Shown here in pieces: positions 1 through 13,700 of a DNA stretch of 64,000 nt (the first letter of the stretch is position 1; each line of letters starts with the position of its first letter). Both the position numbers and the translations under genes were made by a program. Origin of the DNA: Chrysomallon squamiferum (lineage: Eukaryota > Animalia > Mollusca). Location: assembly GCA_012295275.1 (NCBI GenBank), contig CM022672.1, forward strand, positions 24,304,001 through 24,368,000, in the 5' to 3' direction. The notes under the pieces are model-generated. The model did not search any database. It worked only from the letters and a program-made list of their open reading frames with translations, and was not told where the DNA came from.

Positions 1-48
1 CACACACACACACACACACACGCACACACACACACATACATACATATA
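1..48. repeat. (CA)n microsatellite
   Basis: Seen directly. Confidence 0.9.
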
Positions 49-2902
49 GACACTCAGTCAAATATACATACATAAATACACATATACACATTTCCTAGCT
101 TATTTAAAGATATACAACAGACATCCTTATTTCGATATTCTGTTACAAGGTTATTTTCCCCTTCTCCTTAACGAATCCAAATTTTAACCACGCGGGAAAA
201 ATAACATATCTGTGGCCAAGGTAAACGAAATATTAATCGCAAAAAGATTCTATGTTAAACAGCTGAAGCGAGTATGTTATGTTTTTGCATGCACCTACAT
301 ATCATTACGTTTTGTCTGAAAATGGAAAATTAATATTTGTGCAAACTCTTTAATGACACTTTGAACGTAACTGGCTCTAAGTGGTAGGTCTTTGTATCAG
401 TATTCTAAGATTTTTGGTTATATTATCAGCAATATATGTATGAATATGAATTTACGTAAATATCTATGTACTTAGTTACATGTTCGTGCACATATATGTG
501 CATTTTTGAATTTTTAAAATGCATGCGTAAGTATGTCGCGGAAAGAAGGAAAGAGAAAAACAGACAGAGAGACAGATATTATATATAAAATGTATGTCAG
601 TGTTCTGTAAATACCATTAACAAAATTCTGTGAAAACAAAAAAATATAATAATAAAATATTTGCGCACTGGCAACAAACAAAAAAAAAAAAAAAAATAAG
701 TAAAACGGACATGCAAGATGTAACCAAATATTTTCAGTGTTATATACGTTAAAAATAAACTTTAATAAAAACTAATTGCAAAAAGAAATAATTTGTATTT
801 CTTCAGTCATTTTCTCCGTGATTTGATAATATTCGGATAAAGATTGCTATCTTATTCTTACAAAGACGATATTCGCTGTTGTTAAAATTATATCTGATAT
901 CGAAATATCGCAAATTAGTCTTTTATATGTCTTGATTTGGCTTATTCAGAAAAATGTCAGTTGAAGATGATATTTTAAAAGAGGTAGCCATTAATGAGAA
1001 ATGAAAAATCAGTTTAATGATACCAAAAATCTATTAAGTGTTTCTTAAGCAGAGTCTATCATAGATTAAAGTGAAAACTTAGCTTTTTCCCGTAGTAACT
1101 ACTTGACTAATTGCAAATTCTGACAGCAATTTTTTTTTCTTCAGAAGACACATAGGACTATGAATAGGATTTAGTCAAGAAATGTTCGGTTCATTAACTG
1201 AAAAGATAACCCTTAATATCAGCAGATGTAGTTTGCTTAATTAATACTTTCATACATGTATCTCAAGCGCCTTGATCTGCATCTTTAGCAGGTGCTTCAC
1301 CTAAACAGTATAATAAAAAGAAAGCTTGCGGTTGTTCTGGACTTTAGTACATATGTTGCTCGGAGCTTAAAGAGAAAGTCTCGTTAAACATGTTAATGAG
1401 GTATGCAGAAGTGGCACTGTTTTCGAAACACGAGATAGAATTTCATACAGTTATTTCTGAACATCTCCAAAACAAACGAGCGTCTTGAGTAATGCAGCAG
1501 GCGTATCAACAACACTTTTCTTTTCTTTTTTCCCCCTCCTTTCCCCTCTCCAGACTGTTAATGCGATCAGGTCATCTGAGGCATACACTAATAAATGAAC
1601 TCGTATGGAAATCCGGATGCTGAGTTAATTATATTAAAACGAACTGTTAAAAAGCTAAAATGAAGTGAAAATGACTTGTAGCTACTTAACGCTAATTTTG
1701 ACGAACGCGTTCATGAAAATAAATCAGTGAAATACTCGATATTCATAGGTGCGAAGAAAAAAAATCATAAATATTTCGAATATTTAATGCAATAAATCAA
1801 AATTACCACAGGAACACACAGTAATATAACCTACTAATTTTAAACAAATATTGTAATATTATATTAGGATAGCATCAATTTTCTATTCGTATTATGACAA
1901 TTGTGTTTTAAATGGGTCGACATATAAAGTGTTGGGACAAATTTAAACTTCAGTGTAATATATCTTTATATCCAATAAATTATATACGCATTAAAATTAA
2001 AATTTAATATATTATAATACTAAAAAAATATATAATGCATACAATAATAGTAATAACAAAGCCGCTGTTAATGACATGCAGCTATGGGTAAATGCATAAA
2101 GAAGATACTTAGTAATTGCTTGATAAGAATATGACGACATTTAAAAATAAAAATTATAATAATAAAACAAAAATGACTAAATAAATGAGAATTAGTGTTA
2201 CTTGTTGCAAAAATAAATTTTGCCGTAATAAGTCCTGTTATTAAAACTTTTATATTCTATTTCCATGTACGCCCCTCCAAAGACTTAGAAGAAAAGTCCA
2301 CTTCGTCAATCGATCATGCATTCAAATTTTTTTGTCTGCATTGTCGCTAAATTGAAAGCTATTCCCCATCACAGTTAATTATTTAGGATTCTTGTTTAAT
2401 ACAGTGTCGTTTGAGGGGACGTTCTGTAAGAGAAAGCTACTTCGAGATGTAATTGAATTTGGATTTAGTGTGTCATCGAATCAGACATGTTGATGTATGG
2501 TTAAATAGCAGGTGAAGCGACAGACAAACAGGAAAGTGTGCTTTAGGCAAAAATGCTCAAAAAGGAAAAAAAATAGTTCAAGAGAGAGAAAAAAACAAAA
2601 ACAAAAACAAGTTAAGGATAGCAAGAGAAATGGTTGCACCGATTTGTATAATAATAACTATAGAAATCTATTATAAATGTGTTGCTTCTGCATTTAAAGT
2701 ACCTTCATTTCTATACGAACATACAGCCTCTCATACATAGATATAAATTATCAAAATTATATGATTTAAAGCAGGAATAATTAAAAGTAATATCTTTATG
2801 AATAGTTATGCGAAAAGGTAATCATTAATTGCTATAATTATTTCTATAAAGTAATTATGTTTATTTGATTACATCTCATATTAAATTCATTTTAAAAAGT
2901 AC

Positions 2903-2903
<1 letters not shown>

Positions 2904-2940
<37 letters not shown>

Positions 2941-2968
2941 TGATGATGATGATGATAATGATAATAAT
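2904..2968. repeat. Compound (AAT)n(GAT)n microsatellite
   Basis: Seen directly. Confidence 0.9.
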
Positions 2969-5010
2969 TTCAGCAAATAGATCAAAAATGTATTACTAAA
3001 GGTTTGTTTTGCTCTCGCAAGATATATGGCAGTTCATTATTTTAATTATTTGCTTCAAATATATTAATAGCTAAATAAGTTACAAGTTTTGGAAAAGTTA
3101 GTATAAAATAAATAAGATGTCTGAAAAGGTAATAATTATGGCCTGCATTAAACTTTAAAGAAATATATTTCTCTGTGATACTTATTTTAGTATTGCTTCT
3201 GTTATTTTATTATAATAACTTGTTATTTCATTATGTTTGATATAAAAACTGAATATGCGATCTAATATCTAACTGAAATATAAGTATTAAATAGTAAATA
3301 AAAGGATATAATTTGAAAAGCATATTGATTTGTTATTTCAAATTAAAAGCTCTAATAATATTTGATAACCTTTTATCTCCTAATCTGAAACCTGTATATT
3401 CTGTGATAAACTCGCAGTAGTTACGAGCTGAAGTGCTAGATAACTTATTATATTTCAGGAAGATATTTGTGCGTTCATCTAAGAAGATTACGTCTCGCCA
3501 GATATTTTCGTCTTTTAAAAATAACCGGCAGATAACCTACACAGTAGCAAGAAATGATTATTAAATGATTTTGCTTTCTCCCTCGGTGTTTGTTAGACTT
3601 AAAGCATATGATGGTCAACTGAATGATTTATTTGTCAAAGACACACGATCTAAAAATGTTTTTATGCAATTAACCACATCTAACCATGACAAAGGTTATG
3701 AACAAAAAATGTTTGAAAAATATAATAAATTATTTTGCAGTATTTTCCTCCGTATGTGCGTGCATGTTTGAAAAGACATAATCATACATTTTTCTGAATC
3801 TGACTTGTTGGTGAAAATAGCAGTACTCGACTTTGCAGGGTGTTGATTACGATGAAGAGGTTTTATGTGTTGAAATGAGTGGTGTTAATTTGGCAGGTAG
3901 AGAAAGTTTAGCTCTGGTGAGAAAGAGAAGAATAATTATGAAAGTAATTGTATGTAATTTAAAACTATTTAACTGAAAATTATAGGTGTTTTGAAGAAGA
4001 AGCACTCTAGATTCTAATTATTGTGATTTTGAAAGATTTTCATATTATATTTTAAAAGCATTAACTCATTATCATCATTGATTATTCCATACAGATTATT
4101 ATGATCCACATTTTTAATCATTGTTCAAATGGATGTGTTATTGCCAGGATCTTGTTATGATCTGCGGGGCCTAAATGGAAATATTTTCGGATCAATTTGT
4201 GCAGTTTCTGGTTTACCTGATATATACCTGACGTTCTGTTAGCACTACAGAATATAACTGTTACTACAGCAAAATCAATATTATATATGTTGTTTGTTTA
4301 TTAAAGTGCTACATGACAACAAAACATGGCATAGTACATTATTTATATAAGTATGCTGATTAGACCCATAACACGTTAGGATATATATACTAAAAAATAT
4401 ATTTTTTTAAATATAATTACACCTGTATATATATCCCTGGTTTGTAGAACTAAGATATATATTTGAAATGAGTACAGGCTGAAGTTCACTAATCTTCTAA
4501 TCAGTAATATAGCTCTACAGTTAATCCGGCATAATTTGATTAGCCAACGACACGCATGCCTATCGAATCTGTTTCAGTCAATATTGACATTACATGACAG
4601 TAGTTAATTATAGTATATATAAATTAAAAAACACAACAAAAAAAACACTCACACAAACAAACTCAAAAATGATTTTGAGGAACCTGTATTTTCTTTACGT
4701 CAGTGCTAGTGGATCTTATGACAAAGATTTTTTGTTTAACTGGAAAACGTAACATGATCTGTTTACATAACAATAAAACATCATAGAAAGAAGAAGAATG
4801 ATGATGACTGTGACGATGATATATTAAATATGAAATGCTTACAAAGTTACAAATTGCATTATAGAAATATTATGTATTTCTCAAAGGATGGAGAGGTTTT
4901 ATCGTAGCTGAAAACATATGGATGGTTGGTTGTAGTTCGGATAAATGTATATATGGATAAATAAGGAATTTGAATTTATATAAAATCGTATTTTATTTTA
5001 TTATTTTTTT

Positions 5011-5043
<33 letters not shown>

Positions 5044-8000
5044 TTTTTTTTTTTTTTTTCTGCTCTTGATATCAAAAATAATTCTGTAAGTTAAGTGAAT
5101 GTTTAATTAGTATTTATCATTTTTCGATCATGCAAGAGTAATAAATAATCGACAATTTGCTGAGACATCCCAGATAATGCAATTTCTCTAAATTAAGTCA
5201 GCCGTCCAGAATTAAGTCTTCTGGATACTTAAAACGTAAATTAAGTATTGATTTCTTGCTTCAGTGAGCAGATGCTGCTATTTCTTTCAATTAGACCAGC
5301 GCATCCGAAAACAATAACCCTTGAAAAATGGTGAATGGAAATGATCTATTAAGGCAAAATAGAAGGGAGTATACGGCATTCATTTTTATGTCTTCAGATC
5401 ACACGATACAAGTTATTTAGATCAATGGACGCTTCATAGCTTGTTTCTGGCACGTGTATGACATTTTGATCCATTTTCTTGTAGATAATTAAAGCAGATA
5501 AATTACAAGGTAAAGATTATTGTTATGGTGATCAACAGTAATTGTATTATTTCTCTCAGTTTCTGAATTTAGCCTTGACGGAGAATTGAAAAGAAATGAA
5601 GGATATTAAAGAAACCACAAAGTAGTCCTTGTTTCTCTGGGTCAGACGTAATAATATCAGCCTTTTAAAAAATATATTCTGGTTAATTTTATACATACGC
5701 AACTGCAAAGGTAGACAACAAGAAAAAAAATAAAAATAAAAATTTAAATTACCGGTCATCTACTGGAATGCACGCAGTCCGAAGAGTGGACTGACAGAGA
5801 ACTACACATACATACAAAAATTCAAACATACAAAATTATTTTAAAAATTAGGTTGAATACTTTTATGCAGAGAACACACATCTAGTATAAAACTTCTATT
5901 TGGATAATAACCATTATCTCCAAATAAAAAGGTTGTTGAGTTAATTAATGCATTTCCACTGCCGTTCAAAACTAGAACTGAAATATGATTGCGATTAGTG
6001 TACAGATGTGATGGATATTCACAATCAGTTTCAATTTCACAATCTGCTGAAGAAATGACAGTTACAGGGGATAAAAAAAAAAAAAAAAAAAAAAACCAGG
6101 AAGGCAGATTCGGAATTTGCAACTAACGAAGATAATTAAATAATAATATCTGTTTTTGAATCAGCTCAGTATTCATGCTTTCTACTATTCACGTCAGTTT
6201 GTTAAGGATCTCTAATTCACTCTTATTATCTTCTTTTATTTTCAGATGTCCTGAAATCACCAGATAAAAATAAAATAATGTATGTTATAACTGATTTACC
6301 ATGCACCCCCTTCTTTTTTATTTACTGATTTGCTCTTCAATTTTGTTTTTAAATTTTGAAACTATGCATGTTATAGACATACTTTTGTATATAATAAATA
6401 CAATTCATGGCTGTGTTAAATTTCGATTCTTCACTATAGTATTCATTTGTAATGATCTAAATTCTAATTATACATTTAATTGTCTTTTATGTAAGTAAAC
6501 AGTTTAACCATGCTAAAGTAATAATTACAGATCTGATTTCTCCTTGCGACAGTCTTTCAGTTCAGTTTGCTTTGATCTCACAGGAAATTCATCATGCAGG
6601 AATGAACTTTTCAATTTAGCTAATGCATATTGATCTTTGTGCGAATTTGTCAGTCTTTGTCGTTGTTTAATATCAAACGATCTTTTATGTTTCGGATCTT
6701 TCATGATGACATGTTAAGTGGAGAGGTCCTTGTAAACACCCTGACTGAAGCGTATCTCAACAATCACTTTATTCTCATAAACTTTGAAAGAACCAATGTA
6801 CAGAAACATAATACAGTCATATTTACAAATAAAAGCAGCCTCATCAACGGAATATTAAGGTGGATGACATACTCTCACGCATATTGTTCTTATTAATGAA
6901 CATATTTTCTTTCGAATATATACATTTGAACCATCAGACAAATTATAATATGAAATCGCATAGAATGTTTTCTATATTTTTCTGGTACATACTTTCTCAC
7001 ATTTAGAACATTTTATACCATTAAATACATTATAGAATACATCACCAGTTTCATTAAAAGAGCATAAATTACAAATTATTTCTTCTCCAAGAAAGTTATA
7101 CCATCTTCCCATTTGAATAGGTAAAATTTCCAGTGCTGGTTCACAAAATTTGTTGTTTGGTTTTTATTTATTTATTTAATTGGTTAACGCTTCATTTTTA
7201 TTTTTTTTTTTTTTTTATTTTTTTTTACTGTCGACATAGAAAACGCGATAAAATTAATAACATGCTTGATGCAGAGAAGTCATTTCTTTCAGACAAGATG
7301 CTCTGTTATCTATAATTATTAAGAATTCCTGAATTCCACAGCAAATAATAGTTTCTCTGGATTAGGCAAACGCGCCGTAAACAGATTTAGATTCATTTGG
7401 GAATATTGGGGGTTTTTGTGGGGTTTGTTTTGAAAAATGAGCTGAGCATTAATTATCTGCTTTCAGGAACAAATAATCCCCACTGGATTGTTAGTTTCGA
7501 TTCTGGTTTTGTTCCACTCAAAATTATTTTAAAAATTAATAAAATAAACTGTCTTATTTAATCATACACTAAAAATATTTTATAATCTATATGGTTTATC
7601 TGGCTTCACAGTTATAGTCAAAGATCATCCCGATGAACAAAAATGACTATTATGAACTCTGATGACTTCCATTTGCTGAAATTCTATATTTAGTGTTTCT
7701 GCAACTTTATTATTATTATTATATATTTTATATATTTTATTTTTTTTTAAATGAGAATAAGTATTAATGCTTTAATTTCACACAAAAAAAAATCCTACAT
7801 AGAAATTAAATGCATTAATAATTTTTATTTCTATTTACTTATTTATCATCATAATCATAATTATTGTTAATTAATGTTTTCTTATTACTACTCTGATACA
7901 GTTTAAATGAACAAAAATATAAAACTAAATACAGAATAAGTGCTTTTTCAGACCAGGCCAAGCACCTTTATCTTCTGTATATGGCTTATGACTATAACAA

Positions 8001-9511
8001 TAATAATAATAATTTTTTTATTATTATTATTATTATTATTAATTTTAAATATTCAAGTTTACTGATATCAACAGTAATTTCAATTTCCATTAGACTGAAG
8101 TGGGTTTAGTTGAGCACAATTGTTTTGGTTTTCTTGTTCCAACCAGCACAATGTCATTTATGTTTCCTTTTTTAGCTTTGTAGTATTTGTGCAATTAATA
8201 CTTTTTTTAATTCTCTATAATATATTGAAAACATTTTTATAAAGAAATAGCAAATTATCCTCCCATCCAAGCATAATTATTAACAGAACAATAAAAAAAG
8301 AAAAGGAAAACTGAAACTGGAAGTATAAATAACAGAAGGTAAAAATTATTAAAAAAAAAAAAAGAATACAAACCCCACAGTAGTAACACATTGAAAACTT
8401 GCAATGTTTTTATTGATGACATTTAAAACTCAGATTTTTTGAATTAGATATTTTATACAATTATGCAATGCATAAATTATAATATTAAGTGTATGGCAAT
8501 TAATTCTTAATCTTTCTTTTTTACTTTTTTTTAAATTATCCATTCATACAATAACTTTATGTAATAAATTTAATGAGACCAAAAATTACTCTGAAAAACA
8601 CAAAAAAAAAAAAATAATATCGATATAATAAAATAAATTTTATAATAAAAAAAGTATATTATAAAAGATAATTTAAATAAAAATTAAGAAATAAGAAAAA
8701 AGTCCAAACCAAACCCAAACCAAAAACATGGAAAAAGAACTAACCAAAAATAAAAATGAAGCTCATAATAATAATAATAATAATGAAAAGAAAAAGGGAC
8801 TCAAGCTTTTTACTGAATTTGCTCAAATAAAACAAAATAATAATAATAATAAAACAAAATAAAATAAAATAATTTTTTATATTCTTTACAATAATGGCAG
8901 AAAAGTACTAAATCCAAAACAATTATCTTTATATTAATATATATAATAACAACAATAAAACAAAGTCTCTTTGGAACTTAACAATTTTTAACAACCATCA
9001 TATATAATAAAATTACAAATGATGATTTTTCACTTACTGCATATACCAAATAAAAATCCAAACAAAACTATAAATCAAGAAAATAATTTTAATATTTAAA
9101 GATACATGCATAAATAAAACCTTTTAAAGCAATATTAAAAAGGTTAAAAATAATAGATTTTATTTTTTTACTGGCCTGAACTTTTAAGTTACCTTTTCTC
9201 TTACATTTTTGATTTATATTTCCACCTCTTTTCATCTTACATTGACATGTTTACTGATGTATCAAGGGCAATTGGTTAAACAATTAAATTACTATTAATT
9301 AATATTTAACTAAGGTGAAACATAATACACCCAGAAATCTTCTATGTGAAATGGAAGGAAATATCTGATTGTTATATCTGTGTCAAGCTTACTATGCTAC
9401 TGGTTGTTTTTACATTACAATACAGTTCATTATACTGCACTTATTTAATATGTATTCCTGTTTCAGCAGTATTTTTTTTTTCTTAAAATATTAAACCAGA
9501 GTAATGCTAAA

Positions 9512-10734
9512 TTAAACATTTTCAAACGTTACGTGTTTCTGTTTTCTTGCCTCTGACATTTTCTTAGTAAATTTAATTTTGTCAGTACGAGTTTTATTTA
9601 TCATCATTTTCTTCTTTGTGATGTGAAATGTCTCCTTCAGAAGTAAGAAAAAACAATGCATCAGTACAAAATGAAATGACATTATGAAGACAACAAAAAA
9701 TAAAGGGCCTAGGAAAGGACTGGCTTGTTTGACACCATAAAAGTCTGATTCCCGCAGCATAAAAACAAACAAGGTGATAATACTTGCTTGAATATTTCTG
9801 TACCCTTCAAGTGTATGCCCCAAAATAAAAACAGCAAATATAGAAAATGCTATGACAAATCCAAACAGCTCAATGGAAAATGCAAACAGTTTTCCTCTTC
9901 CTGTATAAAAAGTCTCTGCAAGTACTGCTAGTCTCTTACTGAAATGAAAAAACTTCATTATCTTCACAATCATGAAGAACAGCAACACTGCCATAACATA
10001 CTGAAATAAAAAGTTATAAAATATGGCAGTATGAAAACTGATAAATATTTCTGAATCTGAGTTTTTTAACTTGTCCTGTAACTGACTGTACATAACAAGT
10101 TGTACAATGTACAGACCAACTGCAGAATATGCTAAACACAAGATTATTAATTCAACATAACTCCATATATTACTGAGGTAAAAGTTTGAGCCCCAGAAAC
10201 AGCACTTTTTTACTTCTACATACGTCAGTGAAAGAAGAACAAAAACTAGAAATATCTTAGAAATATTGATAAATACCTGTAACATGTTTTCATAATTATA
10301 GACGTGTGTGGTGTAGATGTAGTGATAGGGAAAAATAAAGCCATTATTAGAATATTCAAACATTAGTATCACCAGACTAAACAAATTGACACTTGGATTA
10401 TAAACTGTGAACTCAAAAAACACTATGCGTGTGTGTTCATCAATCCATGCAGTTTGTTTAACTTGATTCAAAGCCTCATTTGTTAAAGTGATATTTCTTG
10501 GTATCTCCACCACATATCCTCCACCTGGATAGGATGCCAATCTTCCTGTTAATGGAAGTGTTTCCAAAACACTGCTGTTTTGGTAAGTCCACAATGAACT
10601 TGAATTAGAAACAGTCACATTATGCCAGTTTTTGGTAAAATCTTGAGTTTCCTCAAAACTGTAAGTAAACTCACTAAGACATTTTCGCGGTAGTTTCAGT
10701 CTGCGTTTCAAAACAGCAGGGACAAAACAAGACT
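9512..10734 (-). CDS. Gene A exon 39: TOP C-part, PKD channel S2-S6, tail
   Basis: tttcag acceptor; ORF 9512..10711 with YPGGGY, WIDEHTR, EFTVYNP; ends KHVTFENV*. Confidence 0.93.
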
Positions 10735-13700
10735 CTGAAAAAATATGAATTGTTTTTCTTTTAATTTCTGTTAGAAAAAAAACAATTGGTGAAAAAACAG
10801 TTTGTTACTTATTAGTCAAATATTTTTTTTACAATTATATTTGAAAAAAATAAAGAAAAGGTAAAATAAAGTTTATCAACAATACTTTAACAGAGAATGA
10901 TGATAGACAGCAATGATCTTTTTAACTAGTTTACTGCGCTAGGGTCATTTTTAAGTGTCTTAACTGGATTAAATATATGTGATCATTTCTATAAATAAAA
11001 TTCTGTTTAGAAACTCTTGCAAATAAAACAAAGGTTTATTTGTCAAAATACACTACCAATCATATATTACAGCAATTTTATGTTCTGCCTAAAATAGCAC
11101 TTATTAAATATAAGTTGATATAAAAATGTTGCAGATTATTGAATCCAGTTCTAAAACACCAATGCAATACTGATGCATTAATCTTTTTAGCAGATTTATT
11201 GCATTGAACTGTAGCCATTTTCAAAGACCAATGCCTTGAGGTGAGTCATCTTGTTACTTTGGATGATTACCTTTTTTATGTATTCTGCTTTGCCGTAGTC
11301 GAGCCCTTCCTATGAGATACGCTACTGAATTTGCAATAGTCCTATGTTCTCCTGACATCATTTTTGCTAAAAATGTAACATTCAGAAACTTCCACATTGT
11401 CTGTGAGTTGGTGACCTTAAAATACATATTTTTTAAATTATGTAAAAGAAAAAGAAACAGGTGAATAATGACAACTAAATAATGATGGCACTTATTAAAT
11501 TAAGAAATTAAATAATGTTTAATATTAAATGTCACTGATGACCAGAAAGATATGTTTTACACAGTCCTTTCCAACAACAAAAAAGTACATACTATGACCT
11601 CTGAAACAAATGTTAGGCAAAAATGACTCTGAAGTGAAATAGTTCTCTGCATTAATGTTAAGAGACTAGTGTGAGAAAACAAATGTCACATTTATAGAAA
11701 GGCCTACCTCTAACTTCTTCATCATAGCACAAAACCATACTTACAACTGATTTTTGTTAAGGCTATCTAACTATATAAAAAATATAGCTATAAAATTATT
11801 TGAAAATTAAATAATACATAAATCTAATTTTCAGTTTACCTGATAAAATAGTACATGATGGTCATCATAGGATGAGTCTATAAACACATCATAAATATTT
11901 TTGGTCATTTGATAAGACTGAGTGACGCTGTTGTTGCCTAATAATACTAGTGAAATAAGAGTGAGAAAAGTGAAATACATGGCAATTTCTTGTAAAACAT
12001 CTTTATGATACTGCTGTAAAATCACTTGTCTGTCAGCTTTTTCAGAAATCTCTTCTTTAAACAGTGGAGGGTAAATTAAGCTTGATTTATAACCTTCACT
12101 TTCATTAAGTTCCTTAAGAAGAACTTTTTCCTTATCTGCAACAAAAATAATAATAATAAAAACCAACAAAAATATGAAAATAAATTCAAATGAATAAAGT
12201 TAATAAAAGATAAAATGCTTTTATTAAATGATAATTCACTAAACAAATAACTAACATTAGCTTTCTTGTAACTTTATCTTTTATTAACGAAAAAAGAGTA
12301 TATGGAATGTTTCCATTATCTTAGAATTAAAGAAACTGAAAAAAAGAAAAGAAATACCATATATTTTCTTCATCCTCTTACTGTTGTAATTAACCTTCTG
12401 TTTTAATATGAAAGCGAAAAGAACAGCAAAGACGAAAACTTTCAATGGTTCCAGGATGACTACACTAAAGAAGAATGATGTGAAGAAAGAAATGAGCCAA
12501 GATAAACTTCTGTTGTAGCCAAACTTAAGTCCATACAGCAACACATAATATGAACATGTGATAGTAAGTGTAACAGCAATGGCATACACAACAAACACAA
12601 AATACCATGGCAGTCTGAAACAAAGAACCAAAAAGCAGCTGAAATAACAGCCAAGAAAAAAAAAAATATATATATTACTGATCAGTATGTGACAGATATT
12701 TGTTAGTTGTTTACTTCATTAATTATTAAATTTCAAGCTTTTATTATTTTAATTTTATTATATTTGGCAATATAAAGAATCTGTGCTTAGATGTCACTAT
12801 TTTACATGCAGTAATATACTGAATATTCAACAAAACATCAACTTCTGAACAACCAGAACCAACAAGCAAGACATGTTATATTTCTTTATTCCAGTGAGCA
12901 CATCTCTGAAGACATTAAATACTGATTTAATCATTACAAATAATGGTTGTGAGAGCAAGTTTTTCACTTGGAGAACAGCAACATGCAATTTCCTGAATTT
13001 CCTTCAGAGTGTAGCATTCATCACTCCCATCTATACACAGGATATCTGTATATTCATGTATACTATTTTTTGTAGAATATATTTTTTGTTATAACTGTAA
13101 ATTTTGCATAATCGAAAATTAAATGTCTTTAGCTAGAAAACAGGGACAGGTGACATCTCCCTCCACACATATTAGGGTGAAGTGTGGTTTTATGAAGGAG
13201 AAATGAGACAATAACTAAGCTGTTGTCATGAACACAAAATTAAACATCTACATGTATGCCTCAGTATTCTGCTTCTAATAAAAGAGCTTTTAACAAAATA
13301 TTTTAAAATTACCTTTTAAATTTACATCTTTTTTTTATCTGAGAAAATCTATGATCTTGCATGCAGCAAACTGTCTCTTCTGGAGAGTATGTCTTGACTC
13401 TGATAGGAGCAACATACTTCGAACTTTTTTGCTCTTCACGATCTGGTTTAGATTCCACAGCAAAAAAGAGAAAAATTATTAAAGTAGTAACTGGGGAAGT
13501 CAGCAAAGAACTCTGAATTCCAATAATAAAGTCTGTAAGTGAAAGTTGAAAATCTCTATAATAAATCTGTTCAGAAGGATCATCTTCAGGAATCCCATGG
13601 AATGTGATATTTATAAACAATGTTGAGAAAAGAAAACAGAGTGCACATGTAAGTCTCCGTTTGCGTGAAAAGGCACTGACTGGATGCTTCATGAAAATAC

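Noticed and set aside
1268-1305. Minus-strand terminal-exon-like segment (ttag|GT GAA GCA..GEAPAKDADQGA*)
   Set aside because: Too short, and I could not link any upstream exon to it.
5485-5509. Plus-strand microexon-like segment (ttgtag|..caag|gtaaag)
   Set aside because: No coherent reading frame with neighbouring candidate exons; such sites arise by chance.
3565-7315. Short ORFs in the ORF track (3565, 5556, 6301, 6630, 7133)
   Set aside because: No recognisable motifs, and the F/I/L/K bias is typical of chance ORFs in AT-rich DNA.
12850-13094. Less AT-rich patch in A intron 35 considered as an extra exon
   Set aside because: The required frame hits a stop, exons 35 and 36 join in phase without it, and B has no counterpart.
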